DNA from: Laetmonice hystrix
Lineage: Eukaryota
Assembly: GCA_965235115.1 (NCBI GenBank)
Contig: OZ249436.1
Location: 37,822,001 to 37,886,000 of the forward strand
DNA: 64,000 bases
Direction: 5' to 3'
Positions within the stretch are counted from its first letter, which is position 1. The number at the start of each line of letters is the position of its first letter. A program made the position numbers and the translations under genes. Positions 52,710 to 64,000 of the stretch are shown here, in pieces. Below the pieces are notes generated by a model, which saw only the letters and a list, made by a program, of their open reading frames with translations, was not told the origin of the DNA and searched no databases.

Positions 52710-52715
52710 CTTCAT
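52710..52715 (-). CDS. RPS6: 40S ribosomal protein S6, exon 1 (ATG AAG)
   Basis: caacATGAAG followed by donor gtaaaa; the 2-codon first exon typical of RPS6; lies just downstream of a TOP tract. Confidence 0.9.
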
Positions 52716-52751
52716 GTTGGGTCCTGGTTAACCCTCCACACAGATGGACAC

Positions 52752-52794
52752 GAGAAAGAGGCCGCTTCCGGTTGAGCTGGTTGGAGACTTCCGG
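52752..52794 (-). promoter_or_regulatory. RPS6 core promoter: 5'TOP/TCT initiator with upstream ETS sites
   Basis: - strand reads ccggaagcggcCTCTTTCTCgtg: an oligopyrimidine start at about 52760. CCGGAAG motifs at about 52765-52771 and 52788-52794. Confidence 0.75.
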
Positions 52795-53905
52795 TAACAA
52801 CACCCTCTGCCGGGGACATTGTCAACTAAAAGAAGCAGAGGGTAGGGCAGACGAGGCGGGAAAAAAATAATTTAGTCTATTTCTTCAGGCAGCTTGCAGG
52901 AAATTTGTTGCAAGATGGAAAACGGAACGCTTTTGACCGTTCTATATACATTCGAGAAAAGCATTGCGGGACAGCAAAATAGAGTAGCTACGACTTTTTG
53001 GCGCCACCTGATGTTTTGCTACCCAACTAAGTCCATGGACGGGGAGGGAATCCTCAGGGATAAAATAGAGATTCAGCATGTCGGTAAATGGACTATAATG
53101 TTGCAGTGAAAATGAAAACTCCGCCCTCGCAGAAGCTAGATAATGAAAACAAAGCTTCAAGAGCAGTAACATTTTCTTTATCTCTGCTGACTTGGGATAG
53201 ATCAAAGTCCACTTTAAATGTTTCTATTGTCCTAAAATAATTGAAATTCCCGGCTTGGGTCAACCTCCCTGCAGTGCAGGAGATGTAAAAATAATTTCCA
53301 TGATTTTGTTGCTCGTTGAAAAGGTCGTTCAGTTTATCCAGGAACATTTATCGAAATTCCTCATTAGGCCTATGGCTGGGCGTATAACATTTAAATGTGA
53401 TGGTTTTGTATGTATACATTGCGGAACCCAACTTCCCGCAGCCCAAGCCGCTGGGCATGGGTCCGTTTCAGAAGCTCCCATCAGGGAAAATTGGTAGTTT
53501 AGCTACAATTATAGGGGGTTCCCTGACCTAGATAGGTCGACCAGAGGGAACTGACAATCACAGCTCTAGTCTAGGTCTAGGAGATTGTTATTTATTGCTG
53601 TTTATTAGATCTGTTATGTTTTATTCGGCAAGTTTCAGTTGCCGAGACCTCGGTCTTCGGCACAAGAGGGAGAGACGTATTTTGACTAAACGTGTGTGAA
53701 TTCAATTTAGTGCAATTTTGACTGTAGACATACGTGTTTCCTTGAGACAGTGGGGATCCACTTAATCCACACTGACACCTAGTGTCGCAGTGACAGTGAG
53801 TAACAGAGTAGACTGTAGTGTAGAGTCTGTAGACAGTCTCAGGGGTTCGTCTCAGGAGCAGGTGGGTGGACCGAACGGTGCCCACTCACAGTGAGTGACA
53901 GGGTA

Positions 53906-54659
53906 ATGAATGGAGGAACTGATCCACCCATTGATCCACAGGACACCACTAAGCTCGGCTCCACCTTAGGCTTAGGCTCAAAAACAAATTTGGAGGCCAC
54001 CGAGCCTCAGGAACCAACCGCCACCACTAGCGCCGAGAACCGGGGATCCAAACTCACCGACGGCGACGTTATACCGGATGCTTCCTCCATCCAGCAGAAC
54101 AAAGGGTGCGAGTTGATTCAGAATGGATCTGTCACAGATACAGCAGTAATAATGAACGGGGACCATCACCACCCTAGCGAAGTGGGAGATTCAAACCCTG
54201 CCGCCCGCACTGACTATTTTGACACAGACAAAGCATATTCTTGCCATAATTACTGTCAGTTGTCGGGGTCCAATGATGATGATGACAGCAGTGACAGCAC
54301 AGTGGAGAGCAGTGAGACAAGTAAACAGTCTGTAGCCTGGCCAGGATGTGATCTGTCCCAACGGTCTCAGTCCAATCTCTCCGTCCACGAGGGATCCTAC
54401 TACACAAGTTCCGATGATGAACGCTCCTCAGTTGGATCTTCCTCAGCCCTTGGTCCATTTGATGGGGGGATGGGAACAAGTTCAACAACACGAGCGCTGC
54501 AGTATCGAGGGCTGCCAAGTTCAGTTCCTGTTCGTGGTGAATCATTTTGTGACTGCCCACTTACCACGCAAGCAACCAACTATAGCCACCGCCGTCTTCA
54601 AAATGTAGAAGTTCTACCAGATAGATATCTGATGTGTATGTGCGGAGAAGATGATTTAT
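53906..54659 (+). CDS. SPSB3: SPRY domain and SOCS box protein 3-like, first coding exon (start codon inferred)
   Basis: Long Ser/Asp-rich ORF ending in the SPSB3 motifs VPVRGESFCDC and CMCGEDD; donor gtaagg, phase 1 matches the next exon. Confidence 0.85.
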
Positions 54660-55363
54660 GTAAGGCCAAAACACAACAAGTGGAATTTGTACAGTATAAT
54701 ACCGGTAGATCTAATCAAAGCAGTGATCCATGTGCAGTGTTCTCAGGATGAAAAGTGACACTGTTGGTGTCCCACAGCAGCACAATAGTTTGCCTAAGGC
54801 ACAAAAGGGGTATTTTTGTGTCTATTTTAGATGAAGACTTTTTAAAAACAAGTCTGAATTGTAATTTGGATAAAGGTAAAGCAAAACACTGGACCCTATG
54901 GACAGGATTGATCAAAAAGTACTGCAGTGGGCTGCCGGTGTGGGCCTACTTGATAGTGGGGAGAACACTGCATCTATGCTAATCTATACCTTGCATCATT
55001 GAATGTGTTGAATGTTGATGAATACACTGTATCTAATAGAGATAATATATGTGTAACATAATAGTTATGAAAGAAAACAATATAAGGGTTTTTTTGTTTT
55101 CTTTCTAGAACTTTCACAAACTACTAAAATAATTTACTGACTCCAAAATATTTTTGTGTCTTTTTATAGATGAAGCAATTTTATGAATATATCTTTTTAC
55201 TGTATGTACTGTACCCTAATAGAATTACCACCCAAGTAGCCCAATAATGTTATATCATTATCATAATATAATATTAGTATTTAAACCTTCCCTATGAAAC
55301 TAATGATATTGATTTAACACAACATGTTTACATGTACAAGGACACTGTATTTACTCCTTGCAG

Positions 55364-55551
55364 GCCTAGAATGGACCTGGGATGTTGATTCAAAGTCATC
55401 TGCCACTGAAGTTTCAGCAGACACGAAGCAAAGTTACTTCCATCAGAACTACAGCAGTGGAACTGCCGCTGTGAGGGGAAATAAGTTATTGTCAGAGCAC
55501 CAACATTACTGGGAGATAAAGATGATTAGTCCAGTCTATGGAACTGATATG
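55364..55551 (+). CDS. SPSB3: SPSB3-like exon 2 (SPRY start)
   Basis: LEWTWD...[38 protein letters not shown]; tgcag / gtgagt. Confidence 0.94.
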
Positions 55552-56647
55552 GTGAGTGCAAGATAAATCTGGTCTTAGGAACTGACTTGAAGTGATGCTA
55601 AAAGATAAGGTTCTAGAAAAGTATAGTCCAAGCTCCAAGGATCCACGAACTGCAGGAAGTAATATTGCAGTGTCAGATTTTCCAACAAAAGTCAGACTTT
55701 CACGAAAATGTCAGATAAAGTCAGATATCTGACAACTTTGCACTGATTTTGTATTAATCCATCAGATTTTGAGGTACTCTATATACTCGATAGATCACCA
55801 CATCTTTTTACCCTGGATTCCCACCTCAAAGTTAGGGGTGCTGCCATCTATCTAGACCCTAAGGCTACCCTGCCCCCCCCCCCCCCCCCACAGAGCCACA
55901 CCATAGGAGAGTTCCCACATCCGCCACCAGGGGTCACTACACTAGTCCACACCCTTGCTTTTTGAATATGAACTTATTTATTAATTTCATATTGCTGCAA
56001 TTCTATTTGGCATAACTACTTTTATAATTTTTTGTATGCCTCATAACACTAACTCTCAGCATCTTAATAGTCCCTGAACTGACACGTGGCAGTGCAAGGG
56101 CAGGACGTCTGCTCACTTAGTGAGACACCTAGTGGTTACTCTATGAACTAGACTGGTCATTGCATCGGTGATGACTGTAAAGTGGGGGTGGGGGTTCTGA
56201 GGGCAATCCTGCCATGTGAGTAGCCCTCTAACGTTCCTCCAAAAGATGTTTTGAAAACAAAGAACGTTCTGGCTAAATTTTAACTATGCATGTTTTGTCC
56301 AGTTTAGTTAGAGGTTGTAAGCTTGGGGCAAACAGGTCAGGGAGCTGCAGCTCAGCAATTCCAGGAAACTTTTCCCCTAACCATGGAGTCTGCACCCTGC
56401 GACTGGGGATCATCGTTAGTAAGACGGGCCCCTGGACTCCCTTCGGGGTGCCATCCATGGACCCAATCTGGGGTTTAAGGCAGCCCTCAAAACTCCTGGC
56501 TTTGGAGTCGGATTTTTATTTCTAACCCAGTACAAACGCTGTACTGACAACTGGCTATAGCAGTGTATGATGTACTGACCTGTTCTGTGCAGCAACTTCT
56601 GAAGTGTTTTATAATAATTGTTAAACATATTTTCCCTTGGGTTTCAG

Positions 56648-56876
56648 ATGGTTGGTGTGGGCACAAGGACCGTAGATCTGGATGCAGTGAGGAATCATTT
56701 TTGCAGCTTTCTGGGTCGTAATGGTGACAGTTGGGGGTTCTCCTACATGGGCCACCTCTACCATAAGGGTTGGTACAAATCATATGGAGCACGGTTTGGT
56801 CAAGGCACAATTTTAGGAGTTCATCTCGACATGTGGCATGGGACTCTGTCATTCTACAAAAACAGGCAGCCACTTG
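56648..56876 (+). CDS. SPSB3: SPSB3-like exon 3 (SPRY)
   Basis: MVGVGT...[18 protein letters not shown]...[27 protein letters not shown]; ttcag / gtgagt. Confidence 0.95.
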
Positions 56877-57131
56877 GTGAGTTACTTTCTCTAGAGAGAT
56901 ATACATGTAGGTCTGCTTTAGGTGCTCAGGTGGTCAATTGCAGGGTATTTAGTCGTAAGAATTTCTTAACCCTAGGAATGAATTAAGGCATTTTTTCCTA
57001 CTAAGGCTTAAAGGGGCACAATTTTCCGACTGATTTTGTGCGCACTTTATTTCTATCATAGAGAGGTCCCAGAGATGGTAATACATTGTATTGGATTATT
57101 GATTCAGAAGAGTTCCTTGCTTGTGCTGCAG

Positions 57132-57907
57132 GGGTCGCCTTCCGTGGTCTACAGGGTAAGAAGCTGTACCCGATGGTTTCCTCAACTGCTGCACAGAGTG
57201 GCATGAAGCTCATCCAAGCATGCTCATTCAGAACCTCCCTCCAGTTCTTCTGCTGCCAGGTCCTGCGTCAGATGATTCCTCATCAGTTGAACGTCCTGGA
57301 CGAGCTGCAGCTGCCTCCTGGACTCAAAGATTACCTTCGTCAGGAACTCCTCTGGCTCCTCGGGCCACAGGCCGACACCCGATCCCAAGATAAACCCACA
57401 TCAACCAAGGAAAGGTCAGAAGCAGGACCTAAACGGAAGATGCGCCGACTACAAAAACCCCCGGTGATGATGGATTCAGATTTTGAGCAATGTTTTCCAT
57501 CTTCATCTACCTCATCAGAAGCAGGTTCGTCAGCTGTTAATGGCGATGAAAACTTGAGTGGAGGACTTCTATATTATCTCAGGCCAAATGAAGGGTGTTC
57601 AAGTACATCTTTGTCATTGCCAATTTCTCTTCCACAAACGTCGGCTTCTTTGAGTGCTGAATCTAGTTCTTGTCCACAGCCAGGTTGTATCCCAGGATCT
57701 TCCATGTGCACTCAAACAGAGGCAACCTCAGTTGATCCTATTGTTAGTTCAGGACAGTTGTCAGACAATCATACAATCGGAAGTAGGTCACATGGGACTG
57801 TTAACCAAGAGTTGACTCGTATACGAGATACGGTTGAGCAGAGCCGCAGTTCTAACCTGCAGGAGTTACTTGATGTGAAAGACAGTGCACCTGAGACACG
57901 GCTCTAG
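57132..57907 (+). CDS. SPSB3: SPSB3-like exon 4 (SPRY end, SOCS box, long C-terminal tail; CDS 1947 nt, about 648 aa)
   Basis: GVAFRGLQGKKLYPMVSSTAAQSGMK then SOCS box TSLQFFCCQVLRQ...LQLPPGLKDYL; open to TAG at 57907. Confidence 0.9.
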
Positions 57908-58008
57908 TGAACATTGTGTATACAAAACTTGTATCCAATGACATCGTCCCTCTCTTTGTATCTTTTTTTTCTCATTTAAAGTAGTTCCTGACTATTTAGA
58001 ATGGTAAG

Positions 58009-58653
58009 CAGGGATGTGCCCAGAAAAATGTTGCCGGGCTTTAGTTTTGCACTAGAGCCAGAATATTATTTTCAACTAGAGAGGGAACCAGTTTTTTTCT
58101 TGAAGAAATTGGAGCCGGTGTCGCGGTCTGTTTTCTCTGCCGGTATACAGTCTCTGGGTGCATGGTTTCCTATTGTTTAGAGGGCAAAACTGACTAAGTG
58201 AGCACGCACGTGTTGCAGTTTGGGCTCACGCCTCCGGTCGTCTGCTAGCTGATGGGTGGTGGAGTTTTCTTCCAAACAGTAATAACAACCTGGAAAGGCA
58301 AATTGTGGAACAAAACTGACGGAAGAGACAAGAGGTATTACGTGAGACTCAATCCCAGACCTGATATTTCGGATATGTTACCGAGAATGATACCAAAAAA
58401 CACGATTCTGCAGCCAACCTCCCAGAGATTTCAGACCACGGAGAAAACAGACCGCGACACCGGGAAATTTATTTATAAAATCTTCCTAACCCCATAGTGG
58501 TTAGCACGCATTATGAAGGAATGAACAAGAGACAATTATGTTATTATGACGTACACACATTTATCAGATGATAGGCCTAATAAACATTCCTGCCGGGCGG
58601 CACTTGAACCTTTTTAGTTTTGTGCCGGGCGGCCCGGCGTGGGCACATCCCTG
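58009..58653. mobile_element. CAGGG-terminated MITE just downstream of the SPSB3 stop, hosting a CCGG-targeting MITE
   Basis: TIR CAGGGATGTGCCCA / TGGGCACATCCCTG; TSD unclear. Confidence 0.65.
58119..58459. mobile_element. Intact 341-bp Ginger1-like MITE with CCGG TSD
   Basis: CCGG | TGTCGCGGTCTGTTTTCTC ... GAGAAAACAGACCGCGACA | CCGG (perfect 19-bp TIR). Confidence 0.85.
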
Positions 58654-58893
58654 GAAAAGCAAATATGTGTATATATTTCTGCACAGGCAGAGTATCACAG
58701 GCTGATTTCATTAAGTGATATAGAGAGCATACTTGAGAGCACACAAAATGTTTTCCTACAAATCTGTAAGGGCATTTGAGATGGTGCAGAATGGTATTAT
58801 GTGGATGCCAGATCTATGATTCAATGAATTTTAAAGTGGATAAATTTTGTGTGATTAGCAGGGTCAAAGTTTGTTCTAATTATGTGGGATCAG

Positions 58894-59142
58894 TGAGTGT
58901 GTGAGTAGTTGGTGTTTAACGCCCAGTCGGCAGTATTTCACCTCTATTTCAGGGCGAGAACAAGGTAACTAACTCAGTTGGTGAAATCCATTGGGTTATA
59001 ATGATGAGATGATAGGAAAAAACCGGCATCAGGGCGAACCCCTACTCTTATTGATAGATTCCAAGGGATCTTTAACGTGCCCTTCCACATAGACGTATCG
59101 TGACAAGGCCGGCCTTTGATAAAGCAGTCAGCAGCACTGCTA
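58894..59142 (-). mobile_element. 5'-truncated SINE (Nin/Deu-domain-like) with 12-bp TSD
   Basis: ATGTGGGATCAG at 58882-58893 and 59143-59154; core ATCAAAGGCC...GCACGTTAAAGATCCCTTG; tail GGCGTTAAACACCAACTACTCACACACTCA. Confidence 0.75.
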
Positions 59143-59165
59143 ATGTGGGATCAGAATGTAGGTTA

Positions 59166-59457
59166 AGGCTGCCGCACACGACGAACATATTCGCGAACAT
59201 TTGTTTGCGAACAAAAATCCGCTCAGACAATTATTGTTTGCGAACAATTGTTCGTCGGTATTCGACATGCAGATGTTTAACAGAAATTCGTGGTTCACCG
59301 CAGATGACGAACATTTGTTCGGAAATATTAAACATGTTGAATACCGATGAACAATTGTTCGCTCCCGTTTGTTCGGCGTTTTGATCACCGCACACGAGCG
59401 GATTTTTGTTCGTGAACAAAAGGTTTGTGAACAAATGTTCGTCGTGTGCGGCGGCCT
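59166..59457. mobile_element. Harbinger-like MITE, TTA TSD
   Basis: TTA|AGGCTGCCGCACACGACGAACAT ... ATGTTCGTCGTGTGCGGCGGCCT|TTA. Confidence 0.85.
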
Positions 59458-59893
59458 TTACAGTCATCCCTTCATGTTTGTTATCTGTTGACAAAGTCTG
59501 GATGGAGCACATTGCACTTTATAATATATGTATTGGTGCTTGCCCCGGCAACAGCCAGGGTCATATATTAAAGTGGTCATTTTAACTGGTGCAGGACGTG
59601 GAAGAAACAGCCTGCAGCAAGTACCAGTAACTGACAAGCTTTCTCACAAAAGCACAAAATAGGTTGAAATCTAGGGAAGTTAACCCCTGTGCTCACCGGC
59701 TCAGACCACAGAGCTATGACTCCATAGCCCTATAATACCAGCCAGTGTTTCTGTAAAGGCATACGCAAATGCCATCTGACTGAGACACACAGATATTTTA
59801 GTTGTTGCGGCTCCAATGTGTTTTCTGTAACAAAGTCAGACTCTACGTCAAAAATAAGCCAGTTCCTACCTATCACAACCATCGTGTGTTTAA

Positions 59894-60139
59894 AGGCCAC
59901 GGCAGACGACGAACATTTGTTCACGAACATTTTGTTCACGAACAAAAATCCGCTCGTGTGCGATGATCAAAACGCCGAACAAACAATTGTCCGTTGGTAT
60001 TCAGCATGTTTCATTTTTCCGAACAAATGTCCGTCGTCTGCGGTAAACCATGAATTTCTGTTAAACATCTGCATGTCAAATACCTTAATTGTCTGAGCAG
60101 ATTTTTGTTTTGTGAACAAATGTTCGTCTGCAGCGGCCT
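59894..60139. mobile_element. Second copy of the same MITE in opposite orientation
   Basis: Internal GAACAAAAATCCGCTCGTGTGCG and GATCAAAACGCCGAACAAAC are reverse complements of sequence within 59367-59411; TAA/TTA flanks. Confidence 0.8.
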
Positions 60140-62602
60140 TTAGATGCATTAAGAACATCTGTTGTGCCAAACGGATTCAAAGGAAGCACATGTCTACTTT
60201 GTTTTCATTTGAAAATGACAATCGATCAATAGCCATCATCCCTTTAACACTAATCTTAAAGGGAATCAATTACATCACATTTTCCAGAGATAAACACATC
60301 ATATTACAACGATCTACTTCATTGTGGGTCGATTTACTTCCAACAATAGTGAAACTGGATGAGCAAACGTGCCATTCTTCACTTTGATGGTGAAAAATGT
60401 TCGCGTTTAACCCCAGTTTGTTGACGTTCCTGCCCGCGAGCACGACTGCCGAAACCAAAAGCAAGCATAGCCCTGATGTACCTAAACCGGGTTTCATGTC
60501 TACGACAGGCTACAAGGCGATATTCTACCAAACATGGACAAGGAGAGACGCACACGCACAGCTTGTTTGGGCCCTTATAGAGACTTACTGAGGTAAAATA
60601 GTGGCAAGGATGAAAAGGTCTATGCATTAAGGAACACCCCTAAGCTTATGGGAGAAATGTCGGTGGAAAATTAGGTTGCGTTTGTATATTTTGACTTTAA
60701 ATGTATTTAAAATTGTAGGGCAGAAGGGCCCACAGTTGTCACTTTGTGAGAAGAGGAGCAATGCCTGGATGGCCGACGTTCTCAGTTCTGATAGCACTGA
60801 CGAACTGACTTTATTACTTTGATTAGAATAAAGGCCTCTATATAATCAACTCTTCGACTATAACTTTGAATAAAGATACGTTGTGCTTAAATGACCAATC
60901 TCTAGTTTTACTTGATTGTAAAACCACAGTAACGGGGCTAATAGTCTAGATCAGAGGGAATAAAAGTCCGACTATCGAAAGACTTTCCCGTCTCATTGTT
61001 TTCGGTGTTAATTTTTGTGTTGATTGTGATTTTTGCGAGTTCAAGTAAACTAACTTAACTAAATAAATATAAGAGCCTGGAAATAAAGATCCCTAACTTA
61101 TGGGGACATTGACTATGTATTCGCAAAGTGTCGACTTTTTGTACCCACCTCAATGATTTTTGGGAATCAGGACCTGTCCTTAACACATAGGCCTATACAT
61201 TTAGCTTTTACCCGTTTTATAACAAAAAGTAACAGAAAAACTCGCGTCAACTTCTGAAATTGTTGTTAGGCCTAGATTTCACTGACTTCCAATACGGCAT
61301 GTTAAAGTCAGTCATGACTGGAGAACTGAACTGAACTGAACGTAGAACTGGACGTCCAGATCTACGCTCATGTACAACAGTCAAGGCCCTCGCGTTTGTT
61401 GTCCGGTCTCGGCTGGTCGCGCCAATGAAGCGACCAGCAGAGACCCCTAGGGCTAGGAGCGCAATTGAGAAGGGGGAACCGGGCGAAGGGTTATTAAATC
61501 TCGAAGCAGAGGACTTCCACCTCCGTTGCATTGGGCAGCTGTATTTTGCTGTCAGATCTGTGTCCAGAGTAGGCAATAATCGGCCGCCCTATAGCTTATG
61601 CATTTGCAGGGGCGTATAGCCTGGCCGAAATACGCGGGTATAGGCCGTGGGGGCGGAGGATCGAGGCAGGGGGCAGTAGGCCCTAGGCTATATAGCTTAA
61701 CACTATTAATGTTGGGGATTCCTTTTTTAAAACTGGAAATCCCAGCGGGACACGGACAAGAATATTGGGGTATAGATCTAACCAATAGGCCTATTCTTAC
61801 TACGGCCCTGTGCACAAGCGTGTGTCGCCGTTTTGTCTCACAACTCTGGTCGTCTGGTTCACCTGCTAAACGAGAATGAACGACCTGTTAGATAGGGAAC
61901 TAAAAAGGAATTGTGCAGGTTTAATATGATCGAATCCACATATTGACAATTTTTTCAAATATCGCTGTAGATCTAGGCTACATTAATTAGGCCTATTGCC
62001 GTACATGGTGGAAGTTGGTAGACCTTATGTATTTATAACACTGAAAGCCCCCAGAAAACAAACTGAGATTTTAACTTTTTATAGGCCTATAGGCATTAAC
62101 TTTGGTAACACGAAATATGGAAATTTAATCACAGAAAGTATATTTCGAAACAGGGAGTTTGAAAGTCCATATAACAGTATAATTAAGATTTAGGCCTATC
62201 TAAAAGCGATTGATGGCAATCCATAGGGTGTCTCGAGGCGAGATGGGTGTTTCAGGACTCTGCCATTCATTATTAAAGTGGTATTCCAAATTCCTCAGAT
62301 CTTTGGTCTTTGAACACCAGTGACACACCATGGTAAAATTTCAGGTTCGAGCGATACTAAAGCGAGAGTAGATTTATTTGTAAAATGGTGTTATGTTAGG
62401 GCCCTGATGAGTTACGGTTCGGTCCGACCGTTATTTTCTGAAGCCAGAGCAGGCTGGTATTTAGCGGTAATCTATTTATAGATAATGTCAAAATTGCATC
62501 CATTCCATTTTTAAAATACCTTTGACGAATTTGGTTTGCCACTTTAAAGGTGCAGTCCACTGCTTGCGTGTCTCTACTATCAGATGTTTTAAAATAAATA
62601 CC

Positions 62603-62675
62603 CGCCCGATGAGGGACTCGAACCCGCGACCCTCAGATTAAAAGTCTGATGCTCTACCGACTGAGCTAAAGCTGG
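62603..62675 (-). pseudogene. tRNA-Lys(UUU)-derived sequence, probable pseudogene
   Basis: TAGCTCAGTCGGTAGAGCATCAGACTTTTAATCTGAGGGTCGCGGGTTCGAGTCCCTCATCGGGCG has intact D and anticodon arms and A/B boxes. The 5' acceptor strand CCAGCTT pairs with ATCGGGC at only 2 of 7 positions, and the T-stem has a C-U mismatch. Confidence 0.8.
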
Positions 62676-62745
62676 GGGATAAAGGACTGTACGAAAGGGG
62701 GGAAAAGAGGGGGGAAAGGGGGCAAAAGGGAAGAGAGAAAAGGAA

Positions 62746-64000
62746 CGAAACTTGGTCAAATTCACCTCCACCCGACGCCTTACTTTGAGCCCTTTACGGC
62801 CTGGAGGAACATCGGAGTGTAACCAGCCCCCCTTCCAGGATATAATGAAGGAGTGTGCCAAAAAAAGAAGTTGGCACAAAAAGTGTAAGGGGCCGAAAAA
62901 GTGCCCCAAACTTGGCCTTTCCCGCCGATACTGTAGCCAATATAGGGATTCATCTCCACCCGACGCCTTGCTGTGAGCCCTTTCCGGCCTGGAGGAACAT
63001 CGGAGTGTAACCAGCCCCCCTTCCAGGACATAATAAAGGGGTGTGCGAAAAAGCAAGTTGGCACAAAAAGTGTAAGGCGCCGAAAAATTGCCCCAAACAT
63101 GGCCTTCTCCGCCGATACTGTAACCAGTATGGGGAAATTTACGTAAACCCGACCCTTTACTGTGAGCCCTTAACGGCCTGGAGGAACATCGGAGTGTAAC
63201 CAGTCCCCCTTCCAGGACATAATGAAGGGGTGTGCCAAAAAAGAAGTTTAAACAAAAAGTGTAAGGGGCAGAAAAATTATTCGAAACTTGGCCAAATTCA
63301 CCTTCACCCGACGCCTTACTATGAGTCCTTTATGGCCTGGAGGAACATCGGAGTGTAACCAGCCCCCCTTCCAGGACATAATGAAGGAGTGTGCCAAAAA
63401 GGAAGGTGGCACAAAAAGTGTAAGGGGCAGACAAATTGCCCCAAATTTGGCCTTTTCCGCCCATACTCTAAGCAATATGGGGAAAAATTTACCTAAACCC
63501 GATCCCTTACTATGAGCCCTTTACGGCCTGGAGGAACATCGGAGTGTAACCAGCCCCCCTTCCAGGACATAATGAAGAGGTGTGCCAAAAAAGAAGTTGG
63601 CACAAAAAGTGTAAGGGGCGGAAAAAGTGCCCCAAACTTGGCCTTCCCCGCCGATACTATAGCCAATATAGGGAAATTCACCTCCACCCGACGCCTTACT
63701 GTGAGCCCTTGACGGCCTAAAGAAACATCGGAGTGTAACCAGTCCCCCTTCCAAGACATAATGAAGGGGTGTGCGAAAAAGCAAGTTGGCACAAAAAGTG
63801 TAAGGCGCCGAAAAATTGCCCCAAACATGGCCTTCTCCGCCGATACTGTAACCAGTATGGGGAAATTTACGTAAACCCGACCCTTTACTGTAAGCCCTAG
63901 ACGGTCTGGAGGAACATCGGAGTGTAACCAGTCCCCCTTCCAGGACATAATGAAGGGGTGTGCCAAAAAAGAAGTTTAAACAAAAAGTGTAAGGAGCCAA
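62746..64000. repeat. Satellite array, ~189-bp monomers in a ~728-bp 4-mer higher-order repeat; continues past the window end
   Basis: Anchor CATCGGAGTGTAACC at 62810, 62998, 63187, 63346, 63537, 63726, 63915 (spacings 188, 189, 159, 191, 189, 189); diagnostic variants recur at +727/728. Confidence 0.95.

Noticed and set aside
54660..54751. Read-through end of the 286-aa ORF
   Set aside because: Intronic; the donor at 54660 joins in phase to the SPRY exon.
62603..62675. Functional tRNA-Lys gene
   Set aside because: Acceptor stem pairs at only 2 of 7 positions.
62589..64000. Long ORFs over the satellite and tRNA
   Set aside because: Translations of tandem repeats with shifting frames.

Overview
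Animal nuclear DNA, probably a marine invertebrate. A Nin-domain-type SINE and the RPS6 tail hint at a lophotrochozoan, but this is unproven. Four intron-containing genes were rebuilt by hand from GT-AG boundaries with matching phases. DMXL/Rabconnectin-3 alpha is on the - strand (exons 1-2 only, intron 1 is 28.5 kb, gene runs off the left edge). DTWD2 is on + (6 exons, 284 aa), head-to-head with DMXL with 281 bp between the ATGs. RPS6 is on - (5 exons, 250 aa, 5'TOP start). An SPSB3-like SPRY/SOCS-box gene is on + (4 coding exons, about 648 aa), divergent from RPS6. Non-coding DNA is rich in non-autonomous DNA transposons, several nested with readable target-site duplications (TSDs): Harbinger-like, hAT-like with 5-6 bp TSDs, CCGG-targeting Ginger1-like, MULE-like and a 30-bp P-like palindrome. 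It also holds a truncated SINE, minisatellites, a tRNA-Lys(UUU) pseudogene and the start of a ~189-bp satellite with a ~728-bp 4-monomer higher-order repeat. I found no convincing novel multi-gene system. The best leads are a candidate structured RNA in RPS6 intron 3, the nested CCGG-targeting elements, the SPSB3 extension after the SOCS box and the tRNA-bordered satellite. Family assignments rest on recall, not database searches.
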